Positions 36,780-46,200 of a DNA stretch of 64,000 nucleotides are shown here, one piece after another. The translations under genes were made by a program, and so were the position numbers. The notes below the pieces were generated by a model that was given only the letters and a program-made list of their open reading frames with translations, was not told the origin of the DNA and made no database searches. Within the stretch, counting starts at the first letter, position 1. Each line of letters opens with the position of its first letter. This DNA is from Longimicrobiales bacterium (GTDB lineage: Bacteria; Gemmatimonadota; Gemmatimonadetes; Longimicrobiales; Gaopeijiaceae), in contig CAXXKM010000003.1 in NCBI GenBank assembly GCA_963664435.2, forward strand, positions 1,414,476-1,478,475, read 5' to 3'.

Positions 36780-37412
36780 ATGGAAGCCAAGGCAGGCATC
36801 TGGTACCGGCTGGGCTACGCCTGGGAGACCGCGCGCATGGGTTCGGGGGCCGGAAACGGCAAAGGATCCGGCCGGGGACGGCGGCTCGTCGCGTCTGGAA
36901 ATGGGAGCACGCCCTCTGCCGCGCGCAAGCCCGCCTCCTCCCTCCTCTGGGGGAACCTGCTCGGCGAAGCCGGCGGGCTGGCCCGGCGGGCGGTGGGGAG
37001 ACGAGCCCGTCGCGCCTCGGCGCGCGGCGACCTGCCGCGGGCGGCGCTCGCGGGGGCCGGGGCCGCGCTCGCGGCGCGCGCGATCGGTTCACTGCTCGCG
37101 GACGATGCGTCGTCCGGGGACGATCCCGGGCTTGGCCTCGAGCTCGTGCAGGGCGCGGCCGAGGGACTGGCGCTCGCCGTCCTCAGCCGCCACCTCCCCG
37201 GCGGCCGCCTGCTGCAGGCCGGGCTGTGCGGCGCGGCTCGGTACGCCGCGACGCCCCGGGGCGGGCTCCCGCGCGTCATTCATCCCATCGCGCCCGCGAT
37301 GGTCCGAACGTTGTCCGCGCTGGCGCCGGAGGGCCGCCGTGACCCGGGACTGCTCGAACACGCGGCATTCGCGGCGGCGTTCGTGCTGCTCTACCGGCGG
37401 GGGACGCGCTGA
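36780..37412 (+). CDS. Hypothetical Ala/Gly/Arg-rich protein (doubtful)
   Basis: 210-aa tail of a long antisense shadow ORF (34140..37412), with ATG at 36780. It is the only part not overlapped by the minus-strand gene. High GC3 but low-complexity composition. Confidence 0.35.
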   Translation: MEAKAGIWYRLGYAWETARMGSGAGNGKGSGRGRRLVASGNGSTPSAARKPASSLLWGNLLGEAGGLARRAVGRRARRASARGDLPRAALAGAGAALAARAIGSLLADDASSGDDPGLGLELVQGAAEGLALAVLSRHLPGGRLLQAGLCGAARYAATPRGGLPRVIHPIAPAMVRTLSALAPEGRRDPGLLEHAAFAAAFVLLYRRGTR

Positions 37413-37451
37413 GCCGGTCAGCAGCCCGCAGGCTGCACGCCCTCCGGCTCT

Positions 37452-38600
37452 TCACGCTCCACCGGGCGTTAGGGAGCCCAGCATCCGGGGGCCCGAAGCC
37501 CCCGTCGCCTCCGGCGCGTTGGCCGGCAGGCCCTGCAGATGGGCCCACGCCAGCACCGCGAAGCAGGCGGCTTCGCGCGCTTCCGGATCGAGACCCAGTT
37601 CGGTCAGATCACGCACCGGGACGGGCGCGAGCCGGTCGGCGATCATCCCCGCCAGCACCGGGTTCAGCGCGCCGCCGCCCGCCAGCAGCACCTCGCTCAC
37701 GCCACGGGGGAGCACCCAGCGGCGATAGGCGTCGGCGACGGAGGCGGCGGTAAAGGCCGTAAGCGTCGCGACCACGTCCGTCCAGTCTCGCCGTGTTCGC
37801 GGCTCCCGGCGTTCCACGAACCTCCGGACGAACGCGGTGCCGAAGACCTCGCGGCCGGTGGACTTGGGCGGCTCGCGGCGCAGGAACGGGTGCTCCATCA
37901 AGCGATCCAGCAGCTCGGCATCCACCTCGCCAGCCGCGGCGAGCTCACCGTCGGCGTCGAAGGTCCGGCGGCCGCCCGTGGCGAGTTCCGCGGCGGTGTC
38001 GATGAGCGCGACCCCCGGACCCGTGTCGAAAGCGAGGACCGGTTCGCCTTCAGAAGCCGCGGGCAGCCAGGTGACGTTGGCCATCCCTCCCAGGTTCTGG
38101 AGGGCGCGCGGCCGGTCGGGCGCGGAGAAGAGCAGCCGGTCCGGCCAGGGCACCAGAGGCGCGCCGTGCCCCCCGGCCGCCACGTCGCGCGTGCGGAAGT
38201 CGCTCACCACCGGGATGCCGGTGATCTCCGCGATGGTCGCGGGATCGCCCAGCTGGAGGGTGGCGCCGCGACCCTCCTCCGAAGGCGGGTCGTGCCACAC
38301 CGTCTGACCGTGCGAGCCGATCGCTGCAACTGTCCGCGGGTCGACGCCGGCGCGTGCGCACGCGTCAAGCGCGCAATGCGCAAGACGTTCCCCGAGGACC
38401 GCGTGCAGGCGGGCCAGTTCGGCCGGTCCGCCGCTCTCGATCGCGCGACGGATCCAGTCCCGCTCCTCCGGTCGGTAGCGCTCGCTGTGAAATCCCAGCA
38501 ACCGCCACGAGAAGGTCGCAGAGGTCGTGCCGTCCACCTCGAGCAGGGCGGCGTCGACACCGTCGAGCGAGGTGCCGGACATCATCCCCAGGACCTTCAT
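37452..38600 (-). CDS. anmK: Anhydro-N-acetylmuramic acid kinase
   Basis: 382-aa part of track ORF 37452..38732, with ATG at 38600. MKVLGMMSGTSLDGVDAAL, FRTRDVAAGGHGAPLVP, GGGALNP. Confidence 0.9.
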   Translation of the reverse strand: MKVLGMMSGTSLDGVDAALLEVDGTTSATFSWRLLGFHSERYRPEERDWIRRAIESGGPAELARLHAVLGERLAHCALDACARAGVDPRTVAAIGSHGQTVWHDPPSEEGRGATLQLGDPATIAEITGIPVVSDFRTRDVAAGGHGAPLVPWPDRLLFSAPDRPRALQNLGGMANVTWLPAASEGEPVLAFDTGPGVALIDTAAELATGGRRTFDADGELAAAGEVDAELLDRLMEHPFLRREPPKSTGREVFGTAFVRRFVERREPRTRRDWTDVVATLTAFTAASVADAYRRWVLPRGVSEVLLAGGGALNPVLAGMIADRLAPVPVRDLTELGLDPEAREAACFAVLAWAHLQGLPANAPEATGASGPRMLGSLTPGGA

Positions 38601-38709
38601 GACCGGGGCAGTCACGCGCCGGAGGTGGGCCTGCGGGGCGAACGGCGGCACCTGTATCGCGATCCGGTGGCGGTCATCCGGCTGCGTCTGCATCGCGAGG
38701 CGGCAGCGG

Positions 38710-39609
38710 TCATCGGGCGGCACCGGGGACATCCGTCACCCGCCCGCCGCTCTCCTTCAGGAGCGCGCGCGCCTCGTCCGCGGCGAGCCCGCGGCGAGCC
38801 ATCACGATGGCCGTCTTGACGTGGCCGCCGGCCTCCTCCAGCAGGGCCCGGGCCGGGTCCCGCTCCAGCCCCACGGTGGTCATCAGGATGCGCTCCCCGC
38901 GGTCCTGGAGCTTCCGGCAGGTCACCTGCAGATCCACCATGAGGTTTCCGTAGACCTTGCCCATGAGGACCATGGCGCCGGTCGTGATGGTGTTCAGGAC
39001 CAGCTTGGTGGCGGTGCCCGCCTTCATGCGCGTCGAGCCCGTGATCACCTCGGGACCGACCAGGGGGGCGATGACCACGTCGTGGGTGGCGAGCAGCTCA
39101 GCGGAAGGAGGCGTGCACAGCAGGAAGCCGGTGCGGGCGCCCCGCTCGCGCGCGCGTCGCAACGCGCCGTGCACGAAGGGCGTGGTGCCGGAGGTGGCGA
39201 TGCCGAGGACGAAATCGTCGCCGCCCACGGTGAGGTGGTCCATCGCGCTGGCGCCGTCGCGCGGGTCGTCCTCGGCCCCCTCGCGCGCCCGCACCAGCGC
39301 GCCGTGGCCCCCCGCGATCACGCCGACCACCATCGACGGGTCCGTCCGGTAGGTCGGGGGCATCTCGGCCGCGTCGAGCACGCCCAGGCGTCCGGACGTT
39401 CCCGCGCCCACGTAGATCAGCCGGCCGCCCCGGCCGAACGCATCGCGCGCCAGCTCCATGGCCCGGGCGATGGCGGCAGCCTCCTCTCCGACGGCCGCTG
39501 CCACGGTGCGGTCCTCGTCATTGATGAGCGCAACGATCTCCGCGGGCGACAGCCGGTCGACGCGGCGCGAGCGCGGATTGCGCTGTTCGGTCAGTCGATC
39601 GTCCAGCAT
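38710..39609 (-). CDS. murQ: N-acetylmuramic acid 6-phosphate etherase
   Basis: 299-aa ORF. TEQRNP, SIS motif YVGAGTSGRLG, GSTRMKAGTATKLVLN. Confidence 0.92.
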   Translation of the reverse strand: MLDDRLTEQRNPRSRRVDRLSPAEIVALINDEDRTVAAAVGEEAAAIARAMELARDAFGRGGRLIYVGAGTSGRLGVLDAAEMPPTYRTDPSMVVGVIAGGHGALVRAREGAEDDPRDGASAMDHLTVGGDDFVLGIATSGTTPFVHGALRRARERGARTGFLLCTPPSAELLATHDVVIAPLVGPEVITGSTRMKAGTATKLVLNTITTGAMVLMGKVYGNLMVDLQVTCRKLQDRGERILMTTVGLERDPARALLEEAGGHVKTAIVMARRGLAADEARALLKESGGRVTDVPGAAR

Positions 39610-39713
39610 CTTGCGTGTCCGGACTCCGGGCAGACGGGACTCCTCCCCTCCTCATCCAGCCAAAGCTAGCAGACGATGGATGAATCCGCGCGAGCACCGG
39701 GAGCGGCGAGGCG

Positions 39714-39761
39714 GCCGGGCTGGCAAAAAGGCGCCGGGCTGGCAAGGGGCCGGGCCGGCAA
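39714..39761. promoter_or_regulatory. Three direct copies of GCCGGGC(T/C)GGCAA in the murQ / LRR-gene divergent region
   Basis: Read directly. Copies at 39714-39726, 39733-39745 and 39749-39761, about 107-154 nt upstream of the 39868 ATG. A regulatory role is pure inference. Confidence 0.3.
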
Positions 39762-39867
39762 GGCGCCCGGAACGTGCCGCGACCCCGAAGATCGCAAGCG
39801 GTGTAGCAGGAACCGGCGAAACCGCTTCATCATTCGAGACAAGGATCCCATCATCACGAGGGCCGCA

Positions 39868-42800
39868 ATGGCACGTCGGAGATCACGCGTCTGGGCAGTG
39901 GGCTTCTGCGCGATCCTCCTGACCGTCTGCTCGGACGATCCCGCGACCACCGCCCCGCCCACTCCTCCCCCGCCGCCTCCCCCCCAGGAGCCGCATGCGG
40001 CCGAGCGGGCCGCGCTAATGGCCCTGTACAACGCGACGAACGGGACGCAATGGCATGCGCGGAGGAACTGGACAACGACCGGTAGCATCCGGGACTGGCA
40101 GGGGGTGTCGACCAACTCCGCCGGCCTGGTCACCGCGCTGTCGCTCCCGGACAACAACCTGTCCGGTACGCTCCCGCCCGAACTCGGGAATCTGACTCAA
40201 CTGAGACAACTGGATTTCGACGACAACGAGTTGACGGGTCCGATCCCGCCGGAACTCGGGGATCTGCCCCAACTGAGACGTCTGGTTCTGGGGGGCAACC
40301 AGCTGACGGGTTCGATACCGCCGGAACTGGGCGGGCTGAACCAGTTGACCATGCTCGATCTGGGCAACAACAGCCTGAGCGGGACGATCCCTTCCGAACT
40401 CGGATCCCTGCCGCGCTTCGACTCCCTGCTGCTTCACCGCAACGAGCTGACCGGCCCCATCCCCCCCCAACTTGCGAACATTGCCTCCCTGCGGAGGCTG
40501 CTCCTGGCGTTGAACCAGCTGACGGGTCCGGTGCCGCCGGAACTGGGCAACCTGGCGAATCTCACCTACATGAGCCTCAGCCGTAACGAGTTGACGGGCA
40601 CGATTCCGCCCGAACTGGCGAAGCTGAGCGCGATTCGGATTCTGTCGGTTTCGCGGAACAACCTCACGGGAACGATTCCGCCCGAGCTGGGAAACCTGAC
40701 CACCCTGGAAGGGCTGTATCTCTACCAGAACCAACTCACCGGCGGGATTCCCGTTTCGCTGGGCAACCTGTCGGAACTGGAGACGCTCTGGATCCACGAC
40801 AACGGGCTTTCGGGTCCCTTGATCGAGGAACTCGCCGATCTCGCGGGGCTTGAGGACCTGCGGGCCGCGGACAACGAGTTGAGCGGCGAGCTGCCCCGCA
40901 ATCTGGGCAGACCCCGGGCCCTGGCTCGACTCGAACTCGAGGGGAACCGGGATCTGGCCGGCCTGCTGCCGCGCAGCTTGGTCGACCTCGAGTTCCTGCA
41001 GGTATTGTCGTACGAGTCAACCGGCCTGTGCGCTCAGATCGACGACGAGTTCCAGGAGTGGCTGCGGAAGATCCCGGACGGCAGCAGGACGGATTGCGAT
41101 GTCGGGCAAGTCGAACGACTGGCCCTCAACAACTTGCACGGTGCGACCGGCGGCCCGTCATGGACGAACGGGGCGTCGTGGGGCACCGACGCTCCCCTGG
41201 GAGGCTGGCATGGCGTGACCACCGGGGACGGACGTGTCGTGGAAGTGGTCCTGTCCGCCAACGGCCTGTCGGGTCCGCTCCCTCCGGAGATCGCCAACCT
41301 CACCGAACTGCGGCTGATGGACTTGGCCGGGAACGACCTGTCCGGCGGGTTGCCGAGCGCCATCGCCGGCTTGCACGAACTGGCCGAGTTGCGCCTGGAC
41401 CGGAATCCGGGGCTGGAGGGCGCGCTGCCGTTCGAGCTCCGGCAGCTGGAACGGGTACGCGTGCTGCTCCACGACGACACCGGCCTGTGCGCGTCCCCGG
41501 CGCCGGACTTCCAGGCGTGGTACGGCGCGATCGACGAGACGGCCGGCGCCGTCTGCGACAATCCGGACCAGGTCACGGTATCCCTGCCCATGGTCTACCT
41601 CACCCAGTCGGTCCAGGCCCCGTCCGGACAAGTGCGGCTGTTGGCCAACCGCGACGCGCTTCTGAGGGCGTTCGTTACAGCCGAGGAGCCGCGCGGGTTC
41701 TTCGAGCCCGAGGTCGTGGCGGTCTTCACCGGGCGGGACGGGGACGAGGTCCACCGCGCGGTCATGAGCCGCGATGCCAACCAGATCCCCGCCGAGGCGG
41801 ACGAGGGCGATCTCGAGCTGTCCTACAACGCCGTGATCCCCGCTGAGATCGTCATCCCGGGCGTCGAGATGGTCGTGGAGGTCGACCCCGCGGGCAGTCT
41901 GCCCCTCGCTCCCGGGAGCGAAGTCCGATTCCCGGCCGAGGGATCCGACTCGCTGAACGTGGTGGAAGTGCCCCGGATGGAGCTCACGCTGGTTCCGGTC
42001 ATCGCGGCTGCGGAACCCGACACATCCGTTCTGGCGTGGGTCCGCGGCATCTCCGCCGACAGTCCCGAGGCAGGACTGCTCAGGCACGCATTTCCGTTTG
42101 CCGAGTTCAGCGTCCGCCCGCACGAGGCCTATCACACCTCGCTGGACCTCACCACGTCGGCCGGGCAGGTGTCACTGTTCGGGGAACTCGAGGCGCTGCG
42201 GGCGTCGGAAGGCGGCACAGGCTACTACTACGGGGTCGCCGCCGACCTGGGGTCCGTCGCCGGTCGCGGGCAGTTGCCCGGCTGGGTGAGCGTCGGCGTG
42301 GCGAGATCGACCACACTGGCGCACGAAATAGGGCACAACCTCTCGCTCAGGCACGCCCCGTGCGGCGATCCCAAGGGCGTCGATCCCAGGTACCCCTACG
42401 AGGATGGGAGCATCGGCGTGTGGGGATACGACTTCCGCAATGGATCCACCGTGCCTCCCGACCGCGGCAAGGACATCATGACCTACTGCCGGACGTTGCC
42501 CTGGCTCAGCGACTACTATTTCGAGAAGGTGATCGACCATCGCGCGCAGCTGGCTGCGGACACCGCGCGCGCACAGCTGGCCGCAGCGAACCCGGGCTCC
42601 GACATGCTCGTGCTCCGGGGCGGCATGGTGGATGGCGAGTTGTGGATCGAGCCGGTGTTCTCGATGCGCGCGGCTGCAAGACTGCCCGGGACGTGGGGTC
42701 CCTACCGCATTCGCGGGTCCACCTCCGACGGCGGGGCGCTCTTCTCGCTGGACTTCACGCCCAGCGACGACGGGCACGGCGGCAGGCACTTCTTCTTCAC

Positions 42801-43047
42801 GGTGCCCATTGACGCCGGCTGGGAGGATGCGCTCGAACGCATCACCCTGACTGGGCCGGAGGGCCAGGCATACGTGGACCAGGCCGACGAGCGCCGCATC
42901 ACCGTGGTCACCGAACCCGGGACGGGACGCCTGCGCGCGATCCTGCGGGACTGGGAGGGGGCGCTGCCGGACGGGCTCGGGGACGGGGCCGGCCTGGAGG
43001 TGAGCATGACGCGCGGGCTCAGGGAGGCGGTGCGGCTGCGGAGGTGA
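39868..43047 (+). CDS. Predicted lipoprotein: plant-type LRR array (12 + ~3 repeats) fused to an HExxHxxxxxH zinc-metalloprotease-like domain (paralog 1)
   Basis: 1059-aa part of track ORF 39676..43047, with ATG at 39868. Signal plus LLTVCSDD. Twelve 24-residue L..L.L..N.L(S/T)G.IP.ELG.L repeats at about 40126-40993. A second short LRR block. HEIGHNLSLRH at 42322-42354. Confidence 0.8.
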   Translation: MARRRSRVWAVGFCAILLTVCSDDPATTAPPTPPPPPPPQEPHAAERAALMALYNATNGTQWHARRNWTTTGSIRDWQGVSTNSAGLVTALSLPDNNLSGTLPPELGNLTQLRQLDFDDNELTGPIPPELGDLPQLRRLVLGGNQLTGSIPPELGGLNQLTMLDLGNNSLSGTIPSELGSLPRFDSLLLHRNELTGPIPPQLANIASLRRLLLALNQLTGPVPPELGNLANLTYMSLSRNELTGTIPPELAKLSAIRILSVSRNNLTGTIPPELGNLTTLEGLYLYQNQLTGGIPVSLGNLSELETLWIHDNGLSGPLIEELADLAGLEDLRAADNELSGELPRNLGRPRALARLELEGNRDLAGLLPRSLVDLEFLQVLSYESTGLCAQIDDEFQEWLRKIPDGSRTDCDVGQVERLALNNLHGATGGPSWTNGASWGTDAPLGGWHGVTTGDGRVVEVVLSANGLSGPLPPEIANLTELRLMDLAGNDLSGGLPSAIAGLHELAELRLDRNPGLEGALPFELRQLERVRVLLHDDTGLCASPAPDFQAWYGAIDETAGAVCDNPDQVTVSLPMVYLTQSVQAPSGQVRLLANRDALLRAFVTAEEPRGFFEPEVVAVFTGRDGDEVHRAVMSRDANQIPAEADEGDLELSYNAVIPAEIVIPGVEMVVEVDPAGSLPLAPGSEVRFPAEGSDSLNVVEVPRMELTLVPVIAAAEPDTSVLAWVRGISADSPEAGLLRHAFPFAEFSVRPHEAYHTSLDLTTSAGQVSLFGELEALRASEGGTGYYYGVAADLGSVAGRGQLPGWVSVGVARSTTLAHEIGHNLSLRHAPCGDPKGVDPRYPYEDGSIGVWGYDFRNGSTVPPDRGKDIMTYCRTLPWLSDYYFEKVIDHRAQLAADTARAQLAAANPGSDMLVLRGGMVDGELWIEPVFSMRAAARLPGTWGPYRIRGSTSDGGALFSLDFTPSDDGHGGRHFFFTVPIDAGWEDALERITLTGPEGQAYVDQADERRITVVTEPGTGRLRAILRDWEGALPDGLGDGAGLEVSMTRGLREAVRLRR

Positions 43048-43089
43048 CGGGAGGAGCGGGATCACGCGCTCCGCACCCGATCATCCAAA

Positions 43090-43108
43090 CCCTGACGTTA
43101 CGTCAGGG
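43090..43108 (+). terminator. Perfect 8-bp stem / 3-nt loop hairpin (CCCTGACG-TTA-CGTCAGGG) after paralog 1
   Basis: Read directly. Lies 43 nt after the stop codon. There is no U-tract, so a terminator function is uncertain. It could instead be a protein-binding palindrome. Confidence 0.3.
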
Positions 43109-43253
43109 TATCGAGATCCCGCTGCCCGCTTGTTCGCGACATTGCGGTCTTGGCGCGTCCCTTGCCTCCCGGATGGCAAGCGTGGTGGCATGAGCCCGGC
43201 CAGGACATTCTAATCATTGGCACTGGACCTCATGGCCCGTTAACGGGGGCAGC

Positions 43254-46200
43254 ATGACACGACGGAGATCACGCGTCTGGGCAGCGAGCTTGTCCGCGGT
43301 CCTTCTGGTCGTCTGCTCGGACGACCCGGTGACGACGGCTCAGCCTCCTCCCCCCGAGGAAACCGATATTGCCGGCCGGGACGCGCTCATCGCCCTCTAC
43401 AACGCAACGGAGGGTACGAACTGGCACAACAGTAGAAACTGGCTCACCTCGGAGAGCATCCGGTTCTGGGAGGGGGTGTCGACCAACGCGGCCGGCTTCG
43501 TCACCGAACTGTCGCTGTCGGATAACAACCTGTCGGGGACACTCCCGCCTGAACTCGGGGATCTGACACAGCTGAGACGGCTGGTTCTGGACAACAACGA
43601 ACTGACGGGTCCCATCCCGTCGGAGTTGGGCAAGCTGGACTGGCTGACCATGCTCGAGTTGAGCGTGAATGGCCTGACCGGGACGATCCCGGTTGAACTC
43701 GCGGCGCTTCCGCACCTCGACTCCCTGCTGCTTTGGAGAAACCAGCTTTCGGGCCCGATTCCGGTCGAACTGGGCAGCATGCGTTCTCTGCGAAAGCTGC
43801 TGCTGGCGAGGAATCAGCTGTCGGGTCCGGTACCGCCGGAACTGGGCAACCTGAAGACTCTCGTGGACATGAGCCTAAGCCGGAACGAATTGACCGGCAC
43901 GGTCCCGCCGGAACTGGCGAATCTGAGTGCGATCACGTCCCTGTCGGTGTCGCGCAACAACCTGACGGGGACGATTCCGCCCGAGTTGGGAGAGCTGTCC
44001 AACCTGGAGGGGCTGTATCTCTACGACAACGAACTCACCGGTGAAATACCCGCCTCGCTGGGGAATCTGACGGCACTGCAGACGCTCTGGATTCACGAGA
44101 ACGGACTCTCGGGCCCGGTGCCTGAGTATGTCGGAAACCTCACCGAGCTTCGGAGCCTGCGAGTCGCCGACAACGGGCTGAGCGGCGCCTTGCCCCGCGA
44201 TCTGGGCAACCTTCACGCCCTGATCTGGGTCAAGCTCGAGGGGAACCCTGACCTGACCGGCTTGTTGCCGCGGAGCATGCTCGACCTGGAACTCCTGCAG
44301 GAGCTGTCGTACGGCGAGACCGGCCTGTGCGCCCAAATCGACGACGAGTTTCAGAAGTGGCTGGGTACCGTTCCGGAGGTCGACGGGACGGACTGCGACA
44401 TCCCGCGGGTCGAACGACTCGCTCTGACAAGCCTGCACGATGTGACCGGCGGCACCTCCTGGGTGAACCGGGCGGCGTGGGGGACCGAGGCTCCCCTGGG
44501 AGACTGGCATGGCGTTGCCACCGAGGGCGGCCGGGTCGTGGAAGTGGCGTTGCCCGGCAACGGCCTGTCCGGTCCGCTTCCTGGTGAGATTGTCAACCTC
44601 AAGGAGCTCACGGCGGTCGACCTGACGGGAAACGACCTGTCCGGTGCATTTCCGGGCGACATCGCATTGTTGCGTGAGCTTGCCGAGTTGCGCGTGGGCC
44701 GCAATGCGGGGCTCGAGGGCGCGCTGCCTTTCGATCTTCGGCGCCTGAGACGACTTCGAGTGCTGCTCCACGACGACACCGGACTGTGCGCGTCGCCTTC
44801 GCCGGATTTTCGGGCATGGTACGCCGCGATCGAGGAGACAGCAGGCGCCATCTGCGACAACCCGGACCAGGTCACGGTATCCCTGCCGATGGTCTACCTC
44901 ACCCAGTCGGTGCAGACCCCGTCCGGCAGCGTGCGCCTGATCGCCAACCGGGAGGCGCTGTTGAGGGTATTCGTCACAGCGGAGGAACCCAGAGGATTCT
45001 TCGAGCCCGAGGTCGTTGCGGTCTTCGCCCGGCCGGGGGCCGAAGTTCACCGCGTGATCATGACCCGGGATGACAACCAGATTCCTGCGGTGGCGGACGA
45101 GGGCGACCTTGAACTGTCGTACAACGCCGTGATTCCCGCCGAGATCATCGTCCCGGGCGTCGAGATGGTCGTGGAGGTCGACCCCGAGGGAACCCTGCCC
45201 GTAACTGGCGAAAGCGAAACCCGTTTCCCACACGAGGGCTCCCACTCGCTGAACGTCGTGGAAGTGCCCCCGATGCAGCTCACGCTGGTACCGGTCATGG
45301 AGGCTGAGCAGCCAGACACATCGGTTCTTGGGTGGGTCCGCGGCATCTCCCCCGAGAGTCCCAAGGTAGGATTGCTGAAGCACGCGTTCCCGTTTGCGGA
45401 GTTCAGCGTCCGTACACACGAACCCTACTTCACTTCGCTCGACCTGACCACCGGGTCCGGACAAAGGGGACTGGTGAACGAACTCGAAGCGCTGCGGTCA
45501 TCGGAAGGCGGCAGGTACTACTACTATGGGGTCGCCGCAAGCGTGAACGGCTTCGTCCGGGGGTTTGCGGGGTCGGAGTGGGTGAGCATGGGCCAGGCGA
45601 GCCCCGCCACCCTGGCGCACGAGGTTGGTCACAACCTCTCACTCCAGCACGCCCCCTGTGGAGACATCGGTAACGTTGACCCAGCCTTCCCCTACCGGGA
45701 CGGAAGTATCGGCGTGTGGGGATACGACTTCCGTCATGGCACGGTAGTGCCTCCCGACCATTCCACAGACATCATGACCTACTGCTATACGCTGCCGTGG
45801 CTCAGCGACTACTTTTTCGAGAAAGTGATCGACTATCGTGCGCAGTTGGCCGCAAGCGCGGCGAGCGCCCTCCTGGCCGCATCGGACCCGCCGTCCGACA
45901 TGCTCGTGCTGTGGGGCGGCGCCGTGGATGGCGAGTTGTGGATCGATCCGGTGTTCTCGATGCACGCGGCTGCAAGACTCCCCGAGGCCTGGGGTCCGTA
46001 CCGCATTCGCGGCACCGTGTCCGACGGCCAGCCACTCTTCTCACTGGACTTCACACCCACCGAGGACGAATACGGCGGGAAGCACTTCTTCTTCACTGAC
46101 TGGGCCGGAGGGCCAGGCATACGTGGACCAGGCCGACGAGCGCCGCATCACCGTGGTCACCGAACCCGGGACGGGACGCCTGTGCGCGATCCTGCGGGAC

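Noticed and set aside
34108-37412. The 1090-aa plus-strand ORF (34140-37412) and the 883-aa alternative minus-frame ORF (34108-36759), both overlapping the outer-membrane protein gene.
   Set aside because: Both have low-complexity Arg/Pro/Gly-rich translations. The 33678-36773 frame has a signal peptide, HExxH, propeller repeats and a C-terminal Phe. Only the non-overlapped tail (36780-37412) was kept, as a doubtful CDS.
39714-39761. A sigma-54 promoter suggested by the repeated TGGCA.
   Set aside because: No TGGCAC-N5-TTGCW arrangement is present. The GG-to-GC spacing in TGGCAAAAAGGCGC is one nucleotide short, and there is no TTGC element.
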